Source: an uncultured Clostridia bacterium
Lineage (GTDB): Bacteria > Bacillota > Clostridia > UMGS1883
DNA: 64,000 nt
NCBI GenBank assembly: GCA_947626145.1
Contig: CANQRB010000004.1
Location: 29,250-93,249 of the forward strand
Direction of reading: 5' to 3'
Shown: in pieces, positions 57,581 through 64,000 of the stretch
Layout of the letters: the number at the start of each line of letters is the position of its first letter
How positions within the stretch are numbered: the stretch's first letter is position 1
Made by a program: the position numbers and the translations under genes
Notes under the pieces: generated by a model
Databases searched by the model: none
Told to the model about the DNA's origin: nothing
Seen by the model: only the letters and a program-made list of their open reading frames with translations

Positions 57581-59054
57581 CCTCCATAAATGCGTATTTA
57601 AGATTATCTATGATGTCGTCGGCGGTGACGGAATACGCACCGATGCTTTTCTCGCAGAACATTCCGCTCCGTCCGTGGAGCCAGACCGCGAGAACAGCCG
57701 CCCGGTCAGCCGGTATGCCCTGGGCGCAGAGGGAGCCTACAAGCCCCGCCAGAATGTCGCCGCTGCCGCCCCGTGCCAGAGCCGAGGTGGCCGACAGCGA
57801 GACCCAGGCCTCCCCATCGGGCCGGGCGACAACCGTCCTCGCCCCCTTCAGCAGCACCGTGACGCCGTATTCGGAGGCAAAGCTCCGGGCGGCGCCCAGC
57901 CGGTCGGCCTCTATATCCTCAACACTATGCCCCGTAAGGCGGGAAAATTCCATTGGGTGGGGCGTTATCAGCACTTTCCCTCCGCGCAGAAGCTCCGGAC
58001 GCCCCTTCAGTGCGTTGAGGGCGTCGGCGTCCAGTATCACCGGCCCGCCGGCGGCCTTTATCACACCGGAAATAAAGCCCGGCGCCAGGGTACCGCCGCT
58101 GCCGCAGCCCATTACCGCGGCGGAGGCCGACCTCACGGCCTTTTCCAGCCTTTCGTCGCTAAAATCGTATTTTTTCACCGGCAGCGCCACGGCCTGGGGG
58201 GCCATGAGGTTCATAAAATTCTCCGTTCCGTCGGGGCAGGCCGCCGTCACCAGTCCGCAGCCGCCGCGGAGCGCGGCCCGTGCCGCCATGGACGCGGCTC
58301 CCATCATGCCGTGACTGCCTGTGACCAGCAGCAGACGCCCGAAGGTTCCCTTGTGGGAAAACCGGGGACGCCGCGGGAGTATCTCCGCAGCAAGGCCGGG
58401 AGTTATGGGTATGGGCTGCTCCGCCGGAACCTCGCCCCAGTCCACCGGTATGCCGGCGTCACGGACAACCGTTTCGCCGCAGGGCTCCACGCTTTCACTG
58501 TTTAAAAATCCGGTCTTCGGCGCCGTAAAGGTGACGGTCTTATCCGCCATGACGCAGACCCCGCAGGGCCGTCCGCCGTCGGCGTCCAGTCCGCTGGGTA
58601 TATCCGCCGACAGGACGTAAGCGTCCATGGAATTTATGTAGTCGATGGCCTCCCGTGCCGGGCCGACCACCCCTCCCCTGATGCCGATGCCGAAAATGGC
58701 GTCAACGACAGCGTCACAGATGGGCTTTTCCATATTTTTGTCAAATGACTTTATGGCAATGCCGGCTCTGCGGCACTCCTCCGCCAGCGTCCTGCACTCC
58801 GGAGTGAAGGGCTCGGCCACGCTGACGACGCCCACTCTTTTTCCCATGTCCGCCAACAGCTTCGCCGTCCTGTAGCCGTCGGCGCCGTTGTTGCCCTTGC
58901 CGCAAAAAACGCAAACCGCGTCAAAGAGCCTCAGCTCCCTGACGCAGGCGCGGGCGGCGTTGTCTATGAGCTCAAGGGAGGCCTCGGGGCCGGTTATGAC
59001 CCGGCTCTCGAAATCCCTTATCTGACCTGAAGTCAAAAAACGCATAACAAACAC
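57543..59054 (-). CDS. nnr: Bifunctional NAD(P)H-hydrate epimerase / ADP-dependent dehydratase (YjeF N- and C-terminal domains)
   Basis: YjeF-N (VFCGKGNNGADG) and YjeF-C carbohydrate-kinase-like (GSGGTLAPG...GGSGD) motifs. Confidence 0.85.
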   Translation of the reverse strand: MFVMRFLTSGQIRDFESRVITGPEASLELIDNAARACVRELRLFDAVCVFCGKGNNGADGYRTAKLLADMGKRVGVVSVAEPFTPECRTLAEECRRAGIAIKSFDKNMEKPICDAVVDAIFGIGIRGGVVGPAREAIDYINSMDAYVLSADIPSGLDADGGRPCGVCVMADKTVTFTAPKTGFLNSESVEPCGETVVRDAGIPVDWGEVPAEQPIPITPGLAAEILPRRPRFSHKGTFGRLLLVTGSHGMMGAASMAARAALRGGCGLVTAACPDGTENFMNLMAPQAVALPVKKYDFSDERLEKAVRSASAAVMGCGSGGTLAPGFISGVIKAAGGPVILDADALNALKGRPELLRGGKVLITPHPMEFSRLTGHSVEDIEADRLGAARSFASEYGVTVLLKGARTVVARPDGEAWVSLSATSALARGGSGDILAGLVGSLCAQGIPADRAAVLAVWLHGRSGMFCEKSIGAYSVTADDIIDNLKYAFMEVDNSERSRKSLD

Positions 59055-59059
59055 CTTAT

Positions 59060-59566
59060 TTATCTGAAAATTCTGCTCCTCACATAAACCGACATTCCGT
59101 CCAGTATTTTGTCGTTGGGCTCGAACACCAGCATACAGCTGCCGCCCTCGCCGGCAAACACGGCGAACATAGCGCCGGAAGCATCGGGAGCGGACGCCGC
59201 CTGTATCACCTTGGCGAAGCTCCGCTTCATCTCCCCCTTTTTGTCCGGATCGTCAACCCGGGCGCAGAGCTCCATGGCCTCCATATCGAAGCCGCAGAGC
59301 CGCCGGCGGTTCCTGCCGCCGATTATCACGTCCACGTCCAGATGGTCGTTGGTGAGGATATATTCAAATTCTCTTTTTATGCCGGAGGCCAGCCACCAGG
59401 CCCCATAGCCTCCCAGCACCAGAAGCACCAAAGCGCTGGCAAAGCCCAGCCACAGTCCGGCTCCGCCGCATATCACGAACAGAGCCAGGATTATGAGACA
59501 GTATTTGAGCATATCGCTTCGGTCGAATTTTTTCTTTACAAGATATTCAGTATAGTTTTCCATCAA
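59060..59566 (-). CDS. Hypothetical membrane protein (two TM helices)
   Basis: Hydrophobic segments IILALFVICGGAGLWLGFASALVLLVLGGYGAWWL; 4-nt overlap with the PBP stop. Confidence 0.5.
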   Translation of the reverse strand: MMENYTEYLVKKKFDRSDMLKYCLIILALFVICGGAGLWLGFASALVLLVLGGYGAWWLASGIKREFEYILTNDHLDVDVIIGGRNRRRLCGFDMEAMELCARVDDPDKKGEMKRSFAKVIQAASAPDASGAMFAVFAGEGGSCMLVFEPNDKILDGMSVYVRSRIFR

Positions 59567-62235
59567 AAGCCTCCGTCGCTTACGACCTCGCCGCCGGAAG
59601 GAGCGGTTCCGCCGCCGTCACCGCCGCCGGAGGGAGCCACGCTGCCGCCGCCACCGCCGGAGGGCGTTACACTGCCGCCGCCCGAAGGCGTTACGCTGCC
59701 GCCACCGCCGCCGGAAGGTGTTACGCTGCCGCTGTCGCCGCCGCCGGAAGGCGTTACGCTGCCGCTGTCACCACCGCCGGAAGGCGTTACGCTGCCGCTG
59801 TCGCCGCCGCCCGAAGGCGTTACGCTGCCGCCACCGCCGGAGGGTGTTGTGCTGCCGCTGTCGCTGCCGCCGGAGGGCGTTGTGCTGCCGCTGCCGTCGC
59901 CGCCGCCGGAGCCATCACCGCCCGCGGGCTCGGCGGAAACCGTTTCGCCGCCTTCGCCCGAGGTCGTTTCGCCTGAGCCGGAGCCGGAGCTTCCGGAATC
60001 GTCATCATCGTCGGAGCTGCTGCCGGAACTCGTATTACGCCTTGACGACGAGCCGCTGCTGCTTGTCGCCTTGCCCTCGCTGAGGACATTCTTGCTGCCG
60101 GTCACAAGGGGATGGAGCTTGCAGCGCGTAGTGGGGATGCTGCCGCTCTTGAAAATCTGACTCTCCACACGGTCACAGCCCGGATTGGCCCGCTGTCCGC
60201 TGTCGGAGCAGATCATCACCGAGACCTCCTTGCCGGGTCTCTCGAAATCCTTATATTTCAGATCCTCGTGAATGGGCATCATCACCTTGCGCCAGGTGAG
60301 GGCCGCCGGGTTGGAAGAAAATCCGCTGAGGTTCCGGGGCTGGTCATAGCCGAACCACACCGCGCCCACATAATAGGGTGTCATACCCACGAACCAGCGG
60401 TCATTGCTGGTGGTGGTGCCGGTGGTGCCGGTCTTGCCGGCTATTTCCATTCCGCTGAAGTTGGCCATCTTGCCGCTGCCGTAGCTGACAACGTCCTTAA
60501 GCATCGAGATCATGTCGGCGGCGGTCTTTTCGCTCATGGCTATCTCATGGGTGGGCTCGCCGCTGAGGATAACGCCGCCGTTGGCGTCCAGCACCCTGGT
60601 GTAAAGGGTGGGCTTGTTGTAAAAGCCGTCGTTGACAAAGGAGCAGTAGGCCGCCGTGAGCTCAAGCACGCTGACGCCGTCGGTAAGGCCGCCGAGGGCC
60701 AGAGGCGCCAGATCCTTATCGGAGAAGGTCTTGCCGTTGCGCTCCTCAAAATCCACAAGGGTGGAAATGTGCATACGCTCGGTCATATAGTCGAAGGAAT
60801 TGTCCACGCCGAGGTAACGGCACACCTTGACGGCGGGCACGTTACGGGAATTGGCAAGGGCGCTGCGAACCGAAACGTTGCCCACAAAGCGGTTGTCCAC
60901 GTTTTTCGGGGACCAGCCGTTATAGGTGACGGGGGCGTCCTTTACCGTGGAGGTGGGCGTTATGAGGCCGTATTCCATGGCCGGACCGTAAACGCCGATG
61001 GGCTTGATCGTGGAACCCGGCTGGCGCAGGGACTGAGTGGCACGGTTAAGTGTGAGGTTGCCCTCCTTATCTCCGCGTCCGCCCACAAGGGCCTTTACCT
61101 GGCCGGTATAGGGATCCATTATGACCATGGCGGACTCGGGCTGTACCTCGCCCCTGCCCTTGGGGAACGCCGACTCGTCGGCGTACACGTCGTCCATGAT
61201 CTGCTGGAGGTTCATATCCTGAGCCAGATATATCTTGAGGCCGCCGTTAAATAGAACGCGCTGGGCTATATCCTTTGTATAGTTATACTGGGTCATAAGA
61301 TCGTCAATGATCTGGTTTATGGCCGCGTCAACATAGTAGCTCTGATAAACTATCTCATCCTGAGTCTTAAGGGGCACAAAATGGAGCTCCTGCGCCACGG
61401 CATCCTCATACTGAGCCTGAGTGATGTGGCCCAGCTCAAGCATTTTTCCAAGGACTACCTCCTGCCGCTCCTTATTGTTTTGGGGATTTGCGTAGGGGTC
61501 GTACTTGGAAGGGGACTGGGTTATGCCGGCTATGCAGGCGCACTCGGCCAGAGACAGCTCCGATACGGGCTTGCCGAAATATACGTTGGCCGCCGAGGAA
61601 ACGCCGTTGCACTGCTGACTCAGGAAAATGGTATTAAGGTAATATTCGAGGATTTCTTCCTTGGACAGCTCATCCTCCAGCTTGAAGGCCCGGTATATCT
61701 CCTGAATTTTTCTTTCAACGCTGTAGCCCTTTTCGCCGGTAATGTTCTTTATGAGCTGCTGTGTCAAGGTGCTTCCGCCGAAGGTACGGTCGCTGGTGCC
61801 CCTGATCTTGCCGTAGACATAGGTTACCGTCGCGCCTATGGTACGCTTGATGTCAACGCCCTTATGGCTCCAGAAGCGCTCGTCCTCAATGTCAATGAAG
61901 GCGTTCTGAAGGTCCTTGGGTATATCGTCAAGGTCCACCCAGATGCGGTTTTCGTTGTCATAGAGCCGCTGCACCTCAACGGTGTTGCCGTCGGGGTCGG
62001 TGCCGTAAACAAAGGACGTCATGTTCAGCTTTATGTTGTTCACGTCGATGGTGTCCACGGTCTCAACATAGCCGAACAGGGCTCCCGCCACTATACCGGC
62101 GCCGATAATGCCGATGAGCAGCACAATGAGCAGCAGCGCCAGAAAGACGTTCCTGAACGACAGGAGAATCGCCATTCCGACGCTTCTCTTCTTTTTGCCG
62201 GAAGAGGTTCCCCTCCGAGTTCTGTCATTTGCCAT
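59563..62235 (-). CDS. Class A penicillin-binding protein (PBP1A: glycosyltransferase GT51 plus transpeptidase) with a low-complexity Gly/Ser/Thr/Pro C-terminal tail; start MANDRT at 62235
   Basis: GT51 motifs (EDERFWSHKGVD, GGSTLTQQLIKN) and TP motifs (STIKP, SRN, KTGT); GGAGGTG RBS 9 nt before ATG 62235. Confidence 0.9.
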   Translation of the reverse strand: MANDRTRRGTSSGKKKRSVGMAILLSFRNVFLALLLIVLLIGIIGAGIVAGALFGYVETVDTIDVNNIKLNMTSFVYGTDPDGNTVEVQRLYDNENRIWVDLDDIPKDLQNAFIDIEDERFWSHKGVDIKRTIGATVTYVYGKIRGTSDRTFGGSTLTQQLIKNITGEKGYSVERKIQEIYRAFKLEDELSKEEILEYYLNTIFLSQQCNGVSSAANVYFGKPVSELSLAECACIAGITQSPSKYDPYANPQNNKERQEVVLGKMLELGHITQAQYEDAVAQELHFVPLKTQDEIVYQSYYVDAAINQIIDDLMTQYNYTKDIAQRVLFNGGLKIYLAQDMNLQQIMDDVYADESAFPKGRGEVQPESAMVIMDPYTGQVKALVGGRGDKEGNLTLNRATQSLRQPGSTIKPIGVYGPAMEYGLITPTSTVKDAPVTYNGWSPKNVDNRFVGNVSVRSALANSRNVPAVKVCRYLGVDNSFDYMTERMHISTLVDFEERNGKTFSDKDLAPLALGGLTDGVSVLELTAAYCSFVNDGFYNKPTLYTRVLDANGGVILSGEPTHEIAMSEKTAADMISMLKDVVSYGSGKMANFSGMEIAGKTGTTGTTTSNDRWFVGMTPYYVGAVWFGYDQPRNLSGFSSNPAALTWRKVMMPIHEDLKYKDFERPGKEVSVMICSDSGQRANPGCDRVESQIFKSGSIPTTRCKLHPLVTGSKNVLSEGKATSSSGSSSRRNTSSGSSSDDDDDSGSSGSGSGETTSGEGGETVSAEPAGGDGSGGGDGSGSTTPSGGSDSGSTTPSGGGGSVTPSGGGDSGSVTPSGGGDSGSVTPSGGGDSGSVTPSGGGGGSVTPSGGGSVTPSGGGGGSVAPSGGGDGGGTAPSGGEVVSDGGF
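59600..59900 (-). repeat. In-frame 33-bp tandem repeat (about 9 units, encodes DSGSVTPSGGG) within the PBP1A 3' end
   Basis: Repeated unit ccgccgccggaaggcgttacgctgccgctgtcg with minor variants, visible directly in the DNA. Confidence 0.7.
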
Positions 62236-62443
62236 AAAAAGCGCACCTCCGAAGTTATTTGAGGAGTAGTAATTATAGAAAGACATAATTAACTTATTAT
62301 ATTTTACATCAAAACCGTTAAAAAAGTATTACAAAATCCCCTTTTTCCACTTTTATTTTGCGGGAAATTGCATTTTGAATTTTTACTGCGCATATTGCAC
62401 AAAAACATTGTAAAATTATTGTATAATTCTGACAAAATGCTTC

Positions 62444-62472
62444 TTGCAAAACCTGAAACCCTGTGGTAAGAT
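62444..62472 (+). promoter_or_regulatory. Promoter P1 (TTGCAA-17-TAAGAT) driving leader copy 1
   Basis: Hexamers with 17-nt spacing about 15 nt upstream of the conserved leader. Confidence 0.4.
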
Positions 62473-62488
62473 ATATACGTACTCGATG

Positions 62489-62560
62489 AGAGTGCAAAAA
62501 CTTTTTTCATTTTCCCTCCTTTTTTAGTGGCAGATACACAGTGTCTGTCATTTTTTTTGC
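62489..62560 (+). promoter_or_regulatory. Leader/attenuator copy 1: conserved about 72-nt element ending in a hairpin (ggcagatacACAgtgtctgtc) plus T8 intrinsic terminator
   Basis: Near-identical to 62679-62749; 9-bp stem with one G-U pair followed by TTTTTTTT. Confidence 0.5.
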
Positions 62561-62632
62561 GCTCTGCCGCCGTTATTATAAGTTTTGCACAAAACCTCGC
62601 CGCTTTCTTTATAAAAATTGAATAAAATTACC

Positions 62633-62663
62633 GTTGATATGGCGCTTTAAAAGCTGATATAAT
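62633..62663 (+). promoter_or_regulatory. Promoter P2 (TTGATA-17-TATAAT) driving leader copy 2 and the DUF815 ATPase gene
   Basis: -35 at 62635-62640 and -10 at 62658-62663, exact 17-nt spacer. Confidence 0.5.
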
Positions 62664-62678
62664 AACAGTGCGCCAGTA

Positions 62679-62749
62679 GAGTGCATAAGTTTTTTTCATT
62701 TTCCCTCCTTTTTTAGTGGCAGATACAACGTGTCTGTCATTTTTTTTGC
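62679..62749 (+). promoter_or_regulatory. Leader/attenuator copy 2: same conserved element plus terminator hairpin/T7, 30 nt upstream of the ATPase start codon
   Basis: GAGTGCAtAAgTTTTTTTCATTTTCCCTCCTTTTTTAGTGGCAGATACAACGTGTCTGTCATTTTTTTTGC. Confidence 0.5.
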
Positions 62750-62778
62750 AATAATACTACCTTAAAAGAGGTGCCGTC

Positions 62779-63975
62779 ATGAACAGATACGCTTATTTAA
62801 ACTCCCGTCTGGGTACGCTGACCGTATTCCGCAATATCCTCGGCGAGCCCGTGATAGCAAGGCTAAGGGAGCTTCTCTCCTGCGAGGACTGGGACAAGCT
62901 CCGTCTGGCCGAGCTGTACTGCGGCTTTGTACACGAGCTGTACCTCACCGGAGACAGCCTTACCGACTGGGTGCTGCGGTACATATCCGGCGACGAAAAC
63001 CCATACGTGGGCCGCATTATTTCCGGCGGGGTTCCGGGTAAGTTAATGGAAGAGAGCCTGACAAACGAGCTGAAAATTCTTGAAGAGCTGGCCGCGCTGG
63101 ACTGCGGAGAGGTTGCGGAGGCCATTAACTGCGGGCTTGAGCTGCCCCGCTGGGAGAGCCGCCGCGAGGATCTGACCGCCGCCTGCCGCCGGAGAATTGC
63201 CGAGATACCCACCAGGGGCTACGGTATATTTGCCAAATATCATATGTTCACCCTGGACGGCGACGGAAATCTCGTGCCCGTCCGCCATCCCGACCCACAG
63301 ACTCTTGACAGCCTCTACGGCTATCAGCGGGAGAGGGAGACCGTAATGCGCAACACCCTCGCCCTTATCGAGGGCCGGGGCGCCAACAACGTCCTCCTCT
63401 ACGGGGACGCCGGCACCGGTAAGAGCTCCACGGTCAAGGCCATCGCCAACGCCCTTAAGGACAGGGGTCTGCGCCTTATCGAGGTCAGGAAAAACCAGCT
63501 CTACCTGCTGCCGGGGCTGATGGACAGCCTTGAGGGCAGCCCGCTGAAATACATCATATTTATTGACGATCTGAGCTTCGGCGGCGGGGACGCCGACTTT
63601 GCCGCCCTGAAGGCCATACTGGAGGGCAGCGTCAGCAGCCGCGGCACAAACGTGGCCGTTTACGCCACCAGCAACCGCCGCCATCTGCTTAAGGAGAGCA
63701 TGAGCGACCGTGACGGGGACGACATTCACGCCTCCGACACCCGTCAGGAGCAGCTGAGCCTTTCCGCCCGCTTCGGCCTGACGGTGACCTTCCTCCGGCC
63801 GGAGCATGAGCTTTACTGCGAAATAGTGGAAAAGCTGGCCCGTGAGCACGGCATAACCATGGACAGGGATCGGCTTCTGGTCAAGGCTGAGGCCCACGCC
63901 ATCAGGAACGGCGGCCGCAGCCCCCGCACCGCCAAGCAGTTTGTGGAAATGCTCAGTCAGGGAGTTATAGAATAA
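62779..63975 (+). CDS. AAA-type ATPase of the DUF815/COG2607 family
   Basis: Walker A GDAGTGKSSTVKA, Walker B YIIFIDDLSF; RBS AAAGAGGTG. Confidence 0.75.
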   Translation: MNRYAYLNSRLGTLTVFRNILGEPVIARLRELLSCEDWDKLRLAELYCGFVHELYLTGDSLTDWVLRYISGDENPYVGRIISGGVPGKLMEESLTNELKILEELAALDCGEVAEAINCGLELPRWESRREDLTAACRRRIAEIPTRGYGIFAKYHMFTLDGDGNLVPVRHPDPQTLDSLYGYQRERETVMRNTLALIEGRGANNVLLYGDAGTGKSSTVKAIANALKDRGLRLIEVRKNQLYLLPGLMDSLEGSPLKYIIFIDDLSFGGGDADFAALKAILEGSVSSRGTNVAVYATSNRRHLLKESMSDRDGDDIHASDTRQEQLSLSARFGLTVTFLRPEHELYCEIVEKLAREHGITMDRDRLLVKAEAHAIRNGGRSPRTAKQFVEMLSQGVIE

Positions 63976-64000
63976 AAAAAGAATAATTTGCGAAAAAGCG

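Noticed and set aside
62304-62510. 68-aa minus-strand ORF (MKKVFALSSS...) and its 23-aa sibling in the duplicated leader region
   Set aside because: The GGAGGG-ATG start is part of the duplicated element, but the downstream sequences are unrelated and low-complexity. More likely the plus-strand leader/terminator is the functional unit. Kept only as a note.

Overview
High-GC (about 60%) Firmicutes/Clostridia-like chromosomal window. The SLH-anchored surface protease, Cys-rich KTR protein, conserved alr-ndoAI-ndoA synteny and GGAGG ribosome-binding sites support this placement. Core housekeeping genes: the 3' end of secA and prfB at the left edge; aroB-aroA-aroC-pheA; argG-argH; dacB, rluB, pepP, tsaC-rimI-tsaD, alr-mazEF(ndoAI/ndoA), nnr and a class A PBP on the right. 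The middle (about 4.2-33.4 kb) is accessory-like. It holds two very large secreted proteins: a 1034-aa CBM/Ig-like protein and a 1443-aa SLH-anchored M4 metalloprotease. It also holds a SigY-like ECF sigma / membrane anti-sigma / ABC transporter operon, a Phd/ParE TA pair, a degenerate fragment region, and a tRNA-Ser-adjacent AT-rich island with iteron-like repeats and an XRE regulator interrupted by an amber codon. Two observations stand out. (1) A lox-like candidate invertible promoter lies between the 1034-aa surface-protein gene and the ECF operon. Two 28-bp sites (10-bp arms around an asymmetric 8-bp core) sit in inverted orientation around a perfect TTGACT-17-TATAAT promoter. In the present orientation that promoter fires into two tandem intrinsic terminators. 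(2) A block of three co-oriented operons spans about 9 kb: an OmpR-type RR / intramembrane HK / TauE operon, a Zn-ribbon / DUF / J-protein / atypical Hsp70 operon, and a small-alarmone-synthetase / GT8 / CDP-alcohol phosphatidyltransferase operon. A fourth, degenerate copy is also present. Each starts with the same about 33-bp promoter motif (TTTCnTTTCAGTTTAG fixed 8 nt upstream of the -10). This looks like an undescribed envelope-stress-type regulon module. Other items: a duplicated promoter-leader-terminator (attenuator-like) module upstream of a DUF815 ATPase, a MITE/ncRNA-like palindromic element in the mazEF 3' region, tandem overlapping small paralogs downstream of an S8 protease, and a prfB with no programmed frameshift. 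All calls rest on reading the translated ORFs and the DNA by eye; no database searches were run.
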